64,000 nucleotides of DNA from a virus. Under the pieces are notes generated by a model. The model ran no database searches, had not been told where the DNA came from, and saw only the letters and a program-made list of their open reading frames with translations. The stretch lies in the IMG/VR virus record IMGVR_UViG_3300045136_000892. One strand, given 5' to 3'. Position 1 is the stretch's first letter. Each line of letters begins with the position of its first letter. Made by a program: the position numbers and the translations under genes. This document shows positions 51,714 through 61,746 of the stretch, one piece after another.

Positions 51714-53480
51714 ATGTCCGGTCTGATCGTCCAGCAAGGCCAGGTGAACACGAACGCCATCGTCGTCCCCAATCTCATCATCCAGATCGTCCCACCCTCG
51801 TTCACGCTGCTCAACGGAGTTCCCACCAACGTTGTGGGCATCGTCGGCACCGCAACCTGGGGCCCGGTGAACAGCCCGGTGATCGCCTCGGGCATCTCCG
51901 ACGCCACCCGCCTGTTTGGCCCGATGCAGCCGCGCAAGCACGACCTGAACACCGCCGTCTTCGCCGCGGCCCTCCAGGGCGGCGCGGCCAACCTGCGCCT
52001 GGTGCGCGTCACCGACGGCACGGACGCCGCCGCCTCGGCGGCCGTCCGCCAGGTGGGCGTCTCCGCCGCCTCCGTCGCTGCGGGCGGCTCCGGCTACGCG
52101 GTGGGCAACACCATCACCCTGACCGGCGGCGCCGTGCTGACCGTGTCCTCGGTCTCCTCGGGCGCGGTAACCGGCGTCACCGTCACCACCCCGGGCTCGT
52201 ACTCCGCGATCCCGGCCAACCCCGTGGTCCAGACCGCGACCAGCGGCAGCGGCAGCGGCGCGACGTTCAACCTGACGTTCGCCACCGGCCTGACACTCAC
52301 CGCGATGTACACCGGCAGCAACGGCAACAACCTGACCTACGCGATCGGCGCCGGCTCGAACAGCACGCCGGGCGCGCCGACCTACAAGCTGACCTTCCAG
52401 CTCCCCGGCCAGCTCCCCGAGGTGTTCGACAACATCGGCGGAACCGGCAACGCCCTGTACCAGAACATGGCCAGCGCCATCAACCTCGGCCAGAGCGGGC
52501 TGCGCGGCCCGTCCGAGCTGGTGGTCGCCACCGCCGGGGCCGCCACCCTCGCCCCGATCACGGGAACGGGCACGCTCTCGGGCGGCACGGACGGCACGGG
52601 CACCATCAACTCGGCCACCCTCGTCGGCCAGGACACCGTCCCCCGCAAGGGCATGTACGCCCTGCGGGACACCGGGGTGAGCGTCGCCATGCTGGCGGAC
52701 GCCGACGACTCGGCCCAGTGGACCTACCAGAACGCCTTCGGCCTGTCCGAGGGGGCATACATGATCGGCGTCAGCCCGGCGGGCGACACCATCACCAATT
52801 TCGCCACCACGGTCGCCAGCGCGGGCATCGACAGCTACGCGATGAAGATCCTCTTCGGCGACTGGTGCTACATCTCCGACCCTGTGAACAACCAGGTCCG
52901 CCTGATCTCGCCCCAGGGCTTCATCGCCGGGCTGCTCGGCAACCTCACGCCCTCGAACTCGACCCTGAACAAGCCGATCCAGGGCATCGTGGGCACCCAG
53001 AAGACCCGCCTGAACCAGCAGTACAGCCAGGCCGAACTGCAGGCCATCGCGCTCGCCCGCGGCGACCTGATCACCAACCCGGCCCCCGGCGGCAGCTACT
53101 TCGCTGCCCGGTTCGGCCGCAACACTTCCAGCAATGCGGTGATCCACGGCGACAACTACACCCGGATGACCAACTTCATCGCCGCGACGCTGAACGCGGG
53201 CATGGGCCTCTACGTCGGCCGCAAGATCAGCCCGACGCTGATGAACCAGGCCTACGCCACGCTGGACGCTTTCCTGTCGAACCTGGAGCAGCAGGGCGAG
53301 AGCCAGGACCACCAGATCGTCCTGGACGCCTCCAACAACCCGTTCAGCCGCACAGCGCTGGGCTACCTGCAGGCCGACGTGAAGGTGCGGTACTTCAGCA
53401 TCACGGAGGTCCTGTTAGTGAATCTGGAAGGCGGCCAGAGCGTAAGAATTGATCGCGTGAGCACCAATCCTGCTGTATGA
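51714..53480 (+). CDS. Contractile tail sheath protein
   Basis: GIVGTATWGPVN, LVRVTDG, LSGGTDG and YTRMTNFIA. Confidence 0.88.
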   Translation: MSGLIVQQGQVNTNAIVVPNLIIQIVPPSFTLLNGVPTNVVGIVGTATWGPVNSPVIASGISDATRLFGPMQPRKHDLNTAVFAAALQGGAANLRLVRVTDGTDAAASAAVRQVGVSAASVAAGGSGYAVGNTITLTGGAVLTVSSVSSGAVTGVTVTTPGSYSAIPANPVVQTATSGSGSGATFNLTFATGLTLTAMYTGSNGNNLTYAIGAGSNSTPGAPTYKLTFQLPGQLPEVFDNIGGTGNALYQNMASAINLGQSGLRGPSELVVATAGAATLAPITGTGTLSGGTDGTGTINSATLVGQDTVPRKGMYALRDTGVSVAMLADADDSAQWTYQNAFGLSEGAYMIGVSPAGDTITNFATTVASAGIDSYAMKILFGDWCYISDPVNNQVRLISPQGFIAGLLGNLTPSNSTLNKPIQGIVGTQKTRLNQQYSQAELQAIALARGDLITNPAPGGSYFAARFGRNTSSNAVIHGDNYTRMTNFIAATLNAGMGLYVGRKISPTLMNQAYATLDAFLSNLEQQGESQDHQIVLDASNNPFSRTALGYLQADVKVRYFSITEVLLVNLEGGQSVRIDRVSTNPAV

Positions 53481-53492
53481 TCATTCTTGAGT

Positions 53493-54296
53493 ATGGAAAA
53501 ACGCAACAGGCATAGCGCAAAACGAAACGCGAGTCGCTCTGATTCGGAAATACAGTATCCGGCCGAGAAATGCTGTTCGGTTTGCAAAGAGACAAAGCTA
53601 GCGGCAGCATTTTCCAGGGCGCGGCGAGAGAAGGATGGCCTGAAATCCAATTGCAAGGGATGCGCCAAGGCGCAAAGACGCAGCTGGTACGTTCGGAATG
53701 CGGAACGTGAGAAGCAAAAGGCCGAGGAATGGCAGCGCGCCAATCCTGAGAAGAAGAAACTGATTGCCAAAAAGACCTACTACAAGAACCACGCCTCTCG
53801 CAAAGCACGTCTAATCGCTGCATACCGGGTCAACAAAGGGAAAATCAGCAGGCAGCAGCGTGAGCGTTACAACTCAGACCCTGAATTTCGCCAGAACAAG
53901 ATGGCGCGGGCAAAGCAGTACTACAAGAGAAGCAAGCCCAAAATTGCTGAATACAAAAAGAAACTGCAGAGGGAGCAACCCGAAAAGCTCCAGGCATGGG
54001 CCAATTCTGCTCGAATCAAGCGGGCTGCCGCATCGGGGAAATGCACTGCCGACGAGTGGCAGGAGATCCTCGAGTACTTCAATTACCACTGTGCCTACTG
54101 CCTCCAGCACGAAAGCATGGTTGGCAGGTTGTCAATGGACCACATGACACCGATTACACGAGGCGGGGATAACAGCCCAGATAACATTGTCCCGGCCTGC
54201 AAGCCGTGCAATTCCTCGAAGTACAACCTGACCGTACTTGAGTATCTTGGATCTATGAATATTCCTCGCAAAGATCGAACAATCATCGCCGTCTAA
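53493..54296 (+). CDS. Free-standing HNH homing endonuclease
   Basis: N-terminal CxxC pairs; CAYC...DHMTP..RGG.N...NIVPAC..CN..K; low GC. Confidence 0.9.
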   Translation: MEKRNRHSAKRNASRSDSEIQYPAEKCCSVCKETKLAAAFSRARREKDGLKSNCKGCAKAQRRSWYVRNAEREKQKAEEWQRANPEKKKLIAKKTYYKNHASRKARLIAAYRVNKGKISRQQRERYNSDPEFRQNKMARAKQYYKRSKPKIAEYKKKLQREQPEKLQAWANSARIKRAAASGKCTADEWQEILEYFNYHCAYCLQHESMVGRLSMDHMTPITRGGDNSPDNIVPACKPCNSSKYNLTVLEYLGSMNIPRKDRTIIAV

Positions 54297-54307
54297 GGAG
54301 CCGCCGC

Positions 54308-54745
54308 ATGACCGTCAACAACTTCACCACCGGGCGCGACGTCAGCGTCCAGATCAACACCGCCAACGGGCCGCTGCTCATCCCGGCCTCGGCCATCCTG
54401 AGCTTCAAGGCGAACCCCGAGGTGACCAAGCTCCGGTCGAAGGGCCTGGACGGCATCACCCGGAACGCCGTCATCCCCGACTCCTGGCAGGGCTCGATCA
54501 CCATCGACCGCCTCGACCAGACGGTGGACAACTGGTGGGCCCAGGTGGAGGCCGACTACTTCGCCAACCGCGCCACGGCCCCCGCCACGATCATCGAGCG
54601 GATCCAGGAGCAGGACGGCACGGTCAGCACCTGGCGCTACGAGGGCGTGTGCCTGACCCTGGACGAGGCGGGCGACTACGCCGCCGACAAGAAGGTCGAG
54701 CAGACCCTCTCCTTCGAGGCCGCGCGCAGGGTGAGGGTGTCGTAG
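54308..54745 (+). CDS. Tail tube protein
   Basis: 145 aa, follows the sheath; AAGGAG RBS. Confidence 0.8.
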   Translation: MTVNNFTTGRDVSVQINTANGPLLIPASAILSFKANPEVTKLRSKGLDGITRNAVIPDSWQGSITIDRLDQTVDNWWAQVEADYFANRATAPATIIERIQEQDGTVSTWRYEGVCLTLDEAGDYAADKKVEQTLSFEAARRVRVS

Positions 54746-54746
54746 C

Positions 54747-55142
54747 ATGAGCAAGGTCAAAGTGCATGACGGGGCCGAAACGCCGTCCCAGAAGGTGGTC
54801 GCCGACGCTAACCGCATCGTGGAGGTGACAGACTCCCGCGGGCGGAAGCTCAAGCTCCGCCAGCCGCAGTTCGCAGACGAGTTCCGCATCGTGGCCGTCG
54901 TCGGCGCCGAGCTGGCCGCCAACCAAGTCTACATGGGGATGCTCAACCCGCTGCTGTTCATCACCGAGATCGACGGCATCGTGCAGCCGTTCCCGACCTC
55001 GAAGATCGCCGTGGACTCGCTCATCAACACGGCCGGACGCGAGGGCTTCATCGCCGCAGTCCAGGGCATCACGGAGCACTTCGGCGGCGACGCCGGCGAC
55101 CTGGAGGCCCAGATAAAAAACGGGGAAGGCACCCCGGGCTGA
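54747..55142 (+). CDS. Tail assembly chaperone (G)
   Basis: Between tube and tape measure; slippery A AAA AAC at 55115-55121. Confidence 0.75.
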   Translation: MSKVKVHDGAETPSQKVVADANRIVEVTDSRGRKLKLRQPQFADEFRIVAVVGAELAANQVYMGMLNPLLFITEIDGIVQPFPTSKIAVDSLINTAGREGFIAAVQGITEHFGGDAGDLEAQIKNGEGTPG

Positions 55143-55294
55143 GGAACCGGCTCTGGCTCGTGAAGAACGGGGTGCCTTATGACGTCGCCTTCTCCCTGCC
55201 CGAGGCCGACGTGGCCGCCTACGGCATCATCTTCGGCGAGTTCGAGGGCAACGAGTTCTCTTGGGCCACAATGAGCTGGAAAGAGCGTAAATGA
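55122..55294 (+). CDS. -1 frameshift extension (GT) of the tail chaperone
   Basis: Open -1 frame RGRHPGLRNRLWLVKNGVPYDVAF...KERK whose stop overlaps the next ATG. Confidence 0.7.
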
Positions 55295-55773
55295 AGGAAT
55301 TCGGCCACATGGCGGCCTTCGCCGCCCACCTGACGACCATGGCGGTCGCCGTGAAAAAGTCCGAGCACCGGATCCTCGATCGCATCGGGAAGCAGGTCAA
55401 GAAGCGGGCAAAGGCCAAGATCGGTGAGTACCAGGAGGCGGCCCCACCGTTCGCTGGCTGGGCTGAGCTGGCCGATTCGACCAAGGCCGACCGCGCCAGG
55501 CAGGGCTACCCGGAAGACGAACCGCTGCTCCGCTCCGGCGCGATGCGCGACAGCATCGGCCACAAGGTCCACGGCACCGAGGTGACCATCGGTTCGGATA
55601 GCGATATCGCCGTCTACCAGGAACTCGGCACCGAGCACATCCCTCCCCGCTCGTTCCTCGGCGGAGCGATGGCGGAGGAACTGCCCCGCCTGAAGGAGAT
55701 CCTGGGCGAGGAGATCGTCGCCGCGCTCGTTGGCAAAGACGTATTTCAGGGCAAGCTGCCCATCGGAGAGTAG
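55291..55773 (+). CDS. HK97 gp10-like/virion morphogenesis protein
   Basis: PLLRSGAMRDSI and YQELGT..IPPRSFLG. Confidence 0.75.
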   Translation: MKEFGHMAAFAAHLTTMAVAVKKSEHRILDRIGKQVKKRAKAKIGEYQEAAPPFAGWAELADSTKADRARQGYPEDEPLLRSGAMRDSIGHKVHGTEVTIGSDSDIAVYQELGTEHIPPRSFLGGAMAEELPRLKEILGEEIVAALVGKDVFQGKLPIGE

Positions 55774-57513
55774 ATGTTCGAGGCTTACAAGGTCGGAGTC
55801 ACGCTGGCGCTGCACAGCAACGTAAGCGCCGCGCTGGGCCTGATCGCCCGCGACTTCGTCAAGACCGACCTCGAGGCCAAGAAGCTCCAGAAGACCCTCA
55901 AGGAGATCAAGCTGCTCGGGCTGACCGGGGCCATCGTCGGCGGGGCCGGATTCATGGGGCTGGGCCTGATCAAGTCCGCCGTCAAGCCCGCCAGCGAGTA
56001 CGTCCACCAGCTCGAACTGGCCAAGGCCGCCGGGATGAAGCAGCAGGAGATCGCCGAAGCCACCGCCGCCGCCTGGAAGACCGCCGGCGAGGTGATGACC
56101 AGCAGCCCGACCGAGAATCTCAAGGCCATCCGCGAGCTGCGCATGGTCTTCGGCGACACGATGGAGGCCATCCACTTCCTGCCCCAGATGCAGCGCATCC
56201 AGGCCGTGCTCGACGCCACCCTGCACGGGACCGGAGGAATCGGCGCCAGGGACGTGGCGTTCGCCGCCGCCAAGGCCCTCGAACTCCGCGGCGCGTCGAT
56301 GAGCCCGCAGACCTTCCAGGAGCAGGCCGACTACATGACCAGGGCGGTCATCGCCTCCGGCGGCAAGGTCACGCCCCAGATGCTGCTCCAGATGCAGAAA
56401 TACGCGGGCATCGGCGGCACGAGCTACAGCAACGACTTCCTCTACGGCATCGCCCCCACGCTGGTGCAGGAACTGGGCGGGTCCCAGACCGGCAACTCGC
56501 TGACCAGCATGTACCGAGCCATCGTGGGCGGCCGGATCGACAAGAAGGCCCTGGCCGTCTGGCAGCAGATGGGCCTGCTCCAGAGCGTCAAGGGGATCAC
56601 CGGCGAGAGCGCGATGATCCAGGCGAAGAACGCGGGGCTCTTCCAGGATAACCCGTTCCTTTACATGCAGTTCCTGCAGGGCGAGTTGGCCAAGCGGGGC
56701 ATCACCGACCCGAAGGCCCAGCAGGAGGTCATCGAGCGGCTCTTCTCGAACCGCGTGGCGGGCCGCATGGCCAATATCCTCATGATGCAGGGGCCCCGGC
56801 TCCAGAAGGATTTCGAGCTGATCAAGGGGGCCGGAGACTCCAGCGCCTATTACGACCTGATCAAGCGCGACCCGCCCACCGTCTACAGGGCGCTCGATGC
56901 CCAATGGGACGCCCTGAAAACCGCCCTCGGCATGACCGTGGTCCCGGTCATCATCCCCATGCTGCGGGGCCTCACGAACGCCCTAAACTCGCTCGCCACA
57001 TTCGCGGCCGACCATCCAACGCTGACCCAGGGGCTGATGCTGACGTTCGGCGGCCTGTCGGCTCTCGCCACGCTGGGCGGCACCCTGATGATCGCCGGGG
57101 CGGGCCTCAAGGTCATCGGCCTGGTCCTGACCACGCTCACCGGCCTGCCGCTGGCCGTCGCCGCCACCGGCCTTGGCACGCTGACCGCCGCCGTGGCGGA
57201 AGTGGTCGGGCTGGGCATGGCCGTCGCCAATGCGGACACGATCGGCGGCTGGAAGTACAACCCCATCAACATGATCGAGCAGGGCGGCGAGGCCGTCGGC
57301 GGCTGGCTCAAGGGAAAGATGGCCCCCAGCTACGGCCCGCCGATGCGGGAGAACTCGCGCGAGATCCACACCACCGTCAACATCGACGGCCGGAAGGTCG
57401 CGCACGCCGTGAACAAGCACAACGAGCGGGCCGCGTCCCGCCCCTCCGGCTCCGGCGGAGCGCCCGATTACCGTGCGATCCCACGTCACTCGGGATCGGG
57501 CGGGGGCCGGTAG
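55774..57513 (+). CDS. Tape measure protein
   Basis: 579 aa, helical, Ala/Gly-rich with C-terminal TMs; ends VNIDGRKVA. Confidence 0.8.
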   Translation: MFEAYKVGVTLALHSNVSAALGLIARDFVKTDLEAKKLQKTLKEIKLLGLTGAIVGGAGFMGLGLIKSAVKPASEYVHQLELAKAAGMKQQEIAEATAAAWKTAGEVMTSSPTENLKAIRELRMVFGDTMEAIHFLPQMQRIQAVLDATLHGTGGIGARDVAFAAAKALELRGASMSPQTFQEQADYMTRAVIASGGKVTPQMLLQMQKYAGIGGTSYSNDFLYGIAPTLVQELGGSQTGNSLTSMYRAIVGGRIDKKALAVWQQMGLLQSVKGITGESAMIQAKNAGLFQDNPFLYMQFLQGELAKRGITDPKAQQEVIERLFSNRVAGRMANILMMQGPRLQKDFELIKGAGDSSAYYDLIKRDPPTVYRALDAQWDALKTALGMTVVPVIIPMLRGLTNALNSLATFAADHPTLTQGLMLTFGGLSALATLGGTLMIAGAGLKVIGLVLTTLTGLPLAVAATGLGTLTAAVAEVVGLGMAVANADTIGGWKYNPINMIEQGGEAVGGWLKGKMAPSYGPPMRENSREIHTTVNIDGRKVAHAVNKHNERAASRPSGSGGAPDYRAIPRHSGSGGGR

Positions 57514-57516
57514 CGC

Positions 57517-58308
57517 ATGACCGTCACCCTCACCCTCGGCGGGGTCGTCTTCACCGGCTTCGAGATCCCCGAGACCATCAACTTCGGCGGCGAGCAGAAG
57601 CTGGCCATCCACAAGCTGCCGGGCGGGGGCCGCGTCATCGACGCGATGGGCCCGAACGACGCCGACATCCGCTGGTCCGGGCGGCTCCGGGGGCCGAGCA
57701 GCGAGCAGCGGGGTATCCTGCTGGATTTCATGCGGCGGCGCGGCAGAAAAATCCTGCTGGCCTGGGGCCTGCACCGGTTCCAGGTCGTCATCCGCTCGTT
57801 CGAGGCCAACTACCAGAGCCCGCACGAAATCCCCTATAGCATCGTTTGCACCGTGGTCCTGGACGAGGCTCAGGCCATTGCGTCTTTCGCCGCCGGCCTG
57901 GCCGAGTCGCTGGCTTCAGACCTGGTGGAAGCCGCCGGGCTGAGCGACCTGATTGGGAGCGAGGAGATCAGCGCCGCCGTGGACGGCGTGGCCGCCGGCT
58001 TCAGCAACTTCCAGGCGGGCGTGCCGTGGTCCACCAACCTCATCACCGCCGCCATCGCGCCGACGGAAGGGGCGATCCTGGGCGGAATGCTCACCTCGGC
58101 CGCCGGGGCCCAGGCTCTGGTGGGCAAGGCCATCTCGAACATCAACCTCGGGCTGGGCACCTTGCTGCCGGCCGCGGGCGGGGCGGTCTCCGACATGGCC
58201 GCCGGCCTGGTGGAGCAGGCATCCGACTTTGCCCAGCTGAACAATCTCCACCGCCTGTCCGACTCGCTCGGGCGCATGACGCTGAACATCAGCAATTTTG
58301 GGAGCTGA
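57517..58308 (+). CDS. Tail tube initiator/baseplate protein
   Basis: LTLGGV.F..FEIPE.I.FGG.Q; follows the tape measure. Confidence 0.65.
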   Translation: MTVTLTLGGVVFTGFEIPETINFGGEQKLAIHKLPGGGRVIDAMGPNDADIRWSGRLRGPSSEQRGILLDFMRRRGRKILLAWGLHRFQVVIRSFEANYQSPHEIPYSIVCTVVLDEAQAIASFAAGLAESLASDLVEAAGLSDLIGSEEISAAVDGVAAGFSNFQAGVPWSTNLITAAIAPTEGAILGGMLTSAAGAQALVGKAISNINLGLGTLLPAAGGAVSDMAAGLVEQASDFAQLNNLHRLSDSLGRMTLNISNFGS

Positions 58309-58311
58309 GAA

Positions 58312-58503
58312 ATGAAAACCGTGACCGTCGCCGGCGGCAACCTGTTCGTGCTGGCCCTTGAGCATCTCGGGGACGCCACGCAGTGGAACCGGATTGCCCA
58401 GGCCAACGGGCTGCTCGATCCGTTCCTCACCGGCACGGCGGTACTGCGCATCCCGGCGGCGGACCGGAACGCGGGCGGAGGCGTCTTTGTTCCTGCTCGG
58501 TGA
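58312..58503 (+). CDS. LysM-like tail protein (P2 gpX-like)
   Basis: NLF.LA..HLGDATQW.RIAQANGL.DP...LRIP. Confidence 0.75.
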   Translation: MKTVTVAGGNLFVLALEHLGDATQWNRIAQANGLLDPFLTGTAVLRIPAADRNAGGGVFVPAR

Positions 58504-59584
58504 CCTGAACCCCGTCGTCCTGAGCGACGTCCGCCGGCCGGTCGTCGAGCTCACCGTCAACGGCATCCCCATCCCGGGCCTGATCGAGGCCGAGGTGACG
58601 AACAACACGCACTTCGCCTCGGACACCTTCCATGCAGTCCTGGCGCTCTCCGAGTTGCCCGCCGCCTACGGCCCCGATTACTGGGCGAATTCCGTGTACG
58701 ACCGGATCGGCATCGCCGCCGGGTTCGCGGGCGAGCGGCTGATGCCGCTGATCCTGGGGCAGGTGGACGAGATCGACTACGACCCGGTGCGCCGGACCAT
58801 CACCCTGAGCGGGCGGGACCTGTCGGCCCCGCTGATCGACGCCAAGACCGCCGAGAAGTTCGTCAACCAGACCGCCAGCCAGATCGCCGAGACGCTGGCC
58901 GACCGCCACGGCCTCCTCTCGAAAGTCCAGGCCACGAGCACCAAGGCGGGCACCTACTACAGCCACGAGCACGTCGTGCTGACCCAGGAGCAATCCGAGT
59001 GGGACCTGCTCGTCTACCTCGCCGAGCAGGAAGGGTTCGACGTCTGGGTGACCGGCGACCGGCTGCACTTCGAGCCGTCCCCGCTGCCCACCAACCCGGC
59101 TTACAAGATCGCCTGGGACGAGGCGGCGCTGGCCTCCAACGCCCTCGACATCCGCCTGAGCCGGTCGCAGACGCTGGCCAGGGACGTGATCGTCATCGTG
59201 CGGAGCTGGAACCAGAAGCTGCAGCGGGCCTTCAAGGTCGAATTTCGGGTCGCGCGGCTGGCGAACGGCGAGAGGGAAGCGGGGCGCAGGGCGTTCCAGA
59301 CCTATAGCTTCAACGTCCCGAACCTGACCCGGGACCAGTGCCTTGCCCTGGCGAAGGCGAAGGCCGAGGAGATCACCCGGCACGAGCGCGTGCTGACCGC
59401 GAGCCTCCCCGGCGACAGCAAGCTCACCACGCGGGCGATGATCCATCTGGTCGGGGCCGGCAACGGCTGGGACCAGCTCTATTACCCGGATTCGGTCACC
59501 CGCCGCATCTCGTTCGAGGAGGGATACCGCATGGACCTGCGCGCCAAGAACCACGGCACCCAGAGCACGGTGGTGATCGGCTGA
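58487..59584 (+). CDS. Baseplate hub (P2 gpD/Mu gp44-like)
   Basis: TTG start after GGAGG; LSGRDL and SEWDLL..LA..EG. Confidence 0.78.
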   Translation: MFLLGDLNPVVLSDVRRPVVELTVNGIPIPGLIEAEVTNNTHFASDTFHAVLALSELPAAYGPDYWANSVYDRIGIAAGFAGERLMPLILGQVDEIDYDPVRRTITLSGRDLSAPLIDAKTAEKFVNQTASQIAETLADRHGLLSKVQATSTKAGTYYSHEHVVLTQEQSEWDLLVYLAEQEGFDVWVTGDRLHFEPSPLPTNPAYKIAWDEAALASNALDIRLSRSQTLARDVIVIVRSWNQKLQRAFKVEFRVARLANGEREAGRRAFQTYSFNVPNLTRDQCLALAKAKAEEITRHERVLTASLPGDSKLTTRAMIHLVGAGNGWDQLYYPDSVTRRISFEEGYRMDLRAKNHGTQSTVVIG

Positions 59585-60234
59585 TGGACGGCTTGACCAA
59601 CATGATGCGCCGGGAGGCGGCACGGGCGATGACCCAGCTCTCCCTCACCCGCATCGGCGTCGTGAGCAACTACGACCCGGCCACCTACTCGGCCAAGGTT
59701 CGCATCCAGCCCGAGGACGTGGAGACCGGGTGGCTGCCCGTCGCCAGCCTCTGGGTCGGCAACGGCTGGGGCCTCTTCGCGCCGCCAAAGGTCGGGGACG
59801 TGGTCGAGGTGCGGTTCCAGGAGGGCGGCAAGGAGGCTGGCATCGTCGGCCTGCGCCACTACGGGGACGCCCTGAGACCGCTCGCGGTGCCATCCGGCGA
59901 ATTCTGGCTCCAGCACGCCTCGGGCAGCTTCCTGAAGTTCAGGAACGACGGCTCGGTGGAACTGCACACCGCGGGCGACCTGAACGCCACGGTGGCGGGC
60001 CAGGCCAACCTGACGGTGACGGGCAACGTGGTGGCCTCGGCCTCGCAGTTCAACCTGACCGGCGACGTGAATATCACCGGTGATGTGACGGTGGACGGGG
60101 AAATATTCGCCACCGGCGACATCACGGACCTGAACGGCACCGATGGCACCGTGGGGCACATCAGAGACGTGTACAACACGCACACCCACCCGACCCCGAG
60201 CGGGACCAGCGGCGTGCCCAATGAGCAACTGTAG
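59584..60234 (+). CDS. Baseplate spike (gpV-like)
   Basis: ETGWLP...P.VGD.V.V; C-terminal HTH metal-binding tip. Confidence 0.85.
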   Translation: MDGLTNMMRREAARAMTQLSLTRIGVVSNYDPATYSAKVRIQPEDVETGWLPVASLWVGNGWGLFAPPKVGDVVEVRFQEGGKEAGIVGLRHYGDALRPLAVPSGEFWLQHASGSFLKFRNDGSVELHTAGDLNATVAGQANLTVTGNVVASASQFNLTGDVNITGDVTVDGEIFATGDITDLNGTDGTVGHIRDVYNTHTHPTPSGTSGVPNEQL

Positions 60235-60240
60235 GGCGAC

Positions 60241-60606
60241 ATGGCAGACATCGGACACTACTTCTCAGGCGACCTCGGCCTGGGGGCGACCGGCGGGCTG
60301 CAGGCGGCCGAGGGCTCCCTCCTCAGCCGGCAGCGCATCCTGCGCCGCCTGCTGACAAACCCCGGCGATTACATCTGGGAACCGGACTACGGGGCGGGGC
60401 TTCCCAGGTTCATCGGCCAGAAGCTCGACCTGACGGCGCTCACGGCCCTGATCCGCTCGCAGATGTACCTGGAAGGCAGCGTCCAGCAGCAGCCGGAGCC
60501 GCAGATCGAACTCACGCCCATCCTGAACGGCGTCTTCGTGCGCATCGTCTACGTCGAGGCGCAGACCGGCAGGACCGAGACTCTGGCCTTCGAAGTAACC
60601 GCGTAA
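60241..60606 (+). CDS. Baseplate wedge (gpW/gp25-like)
   Basis: QRILRRLLTNPG.Y...PDYGAG. Confidence 0.75.
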   Translation: MADIGHYFSGDLGLGATGGLQAAEGSLLSRQRILRRLLTNPGDYIWEPDYGAGLPRFIGQKLDLTALTALIRSQMYLEGSVQQQPEPQIELTPILNGVFVRIVYVEAQTGRTETLAFEVTA

Positions 60607-60615
60607 GGACACCGA

Positions 60616-61737
60616 ATGGCTCTTCAGACCTACACCTTCAACCAGATCGTCTCCGGGATCGCCACCGCTACCCAGGCCGCCGCGTCCTCCCTGATCGAAT
60701 TCGGCGTCGGCTCCATCCTGCGGGCACTCGCCCAGGCCGTGGCCGGGCAGCTCCTCTGGCTCCAGGCCATCGTCCTGCAGGTTCTCACGCTCACCCGCGC
60801 GGCCACGAGCGTCGGGGCCGACCTCGACTCCTGGTGCGCCGACTTCGGCTTCGCCCGGCTCCCGGCCCGGGCCGCCACCGGCCAGGTGATGTTCTCCCGG
60901 TTCACGTCGACGCAACAGGCCGTGGTCCCGGTCGGCGCCACGGTCCAGACCGCTGACGGCAGCCAGACCTTCGCCGTCACGGTCGATACCAGCAACAGCG
61001 CGTATAACGCCGGTCTCGGCGGCTATGTCATCCTGGCGAACACCGCCAGCGTGAACGTGCCCGTGCAGGCCGTCGTTGGGGGCAGCGGCGGGAACGTCCA
61101 GGCGGGGGCCATCTCCGTCATCACCTCGCCGATCGCTGGCGTGGACACGGTGACCAACTCCGCCGGATTCCTGAACGGGGCGGACGCCGAGCCCGACGCC
61201 GACTTCCGCGCCCGGTTCGTGCTCTTCCTGGCCTCGCTTTCCAGGGCCACCAAATCGGCCATCGGCTCTGCCATCCTCGGCGTGCAGCAGGGCCTGAACT
61301 ACACGATCACCGAGAACCAGAACTACAACGGCACGGCCAACCAGGGGTACTTCTACGTGGTGGTCGATGACGGGACCGGGCAGGCGTCCGCCGACCTGCT
61401 GAACAAGGTGAACGCGGCGATCGACGGGGTCCGCCCCTTCACCAGCAGCTTCGGCGTGTTCGCGCCCGCCATCGTCACGGCGAACGTGGCCATGACGGTC
61501 ACCTCCGCGCCCGGCTACAACCACCCGACCGTCGTCGGCAACGTCGGGGTGGCGCTCACGAACTTCCTGAACAGCCTCAAGCTCGGCGTGTCGGTGCCCT
61601 ACACACAGATCGCCAGCGTCGCCTACGGGGTGCCGGGCGTGCAGAACGTGACCGGGGTCGAACTCAACGGCGGCACGGCAGACCTGGCCGCCAACCAAAA
61701 ACAACGAATTGTTGCAGGAGTCATGACCATCGGCTAG
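60616..61737 (+). CDS. Baseplate J protein
   Basis: AATGQV.F, GNVQAG.I and NGADAE.DADFRAR. Confidence 0.9.
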   Translation: MALQTYTFNQIVSGIATATQAAASSLIEFGVGSILRALAQAVAGQLLWLQAIVLQVLTLTRAATSVGADLDSWCADFGFARLPARAATGQVMFSRFTSTQQAVVPVGATVQTADGSQTFAVTVDTSNSAYNAGLGGYVILANTASVNVPVQAVVGGSGGNVQAGAISVITSPIAGVDTVTNSAGFLNGADAEPDADFRARFVLFLASLSRATKSAIGSAILGVQQGLNYTITENQNYNGTANQGYFYVVVDDGTGQASADLLNKVNAAIDGVRPFTSSFGVFAPAIVTANVAMTVTSAPGYNHPTVVGNVGVALTNFLNSLKLGVSVPYTQIASVAYGVPGVQNVTGVELNGGTADLAANQKQRIVAGVMTIG

Positions 61738-61746
61738 CACTGGGAT

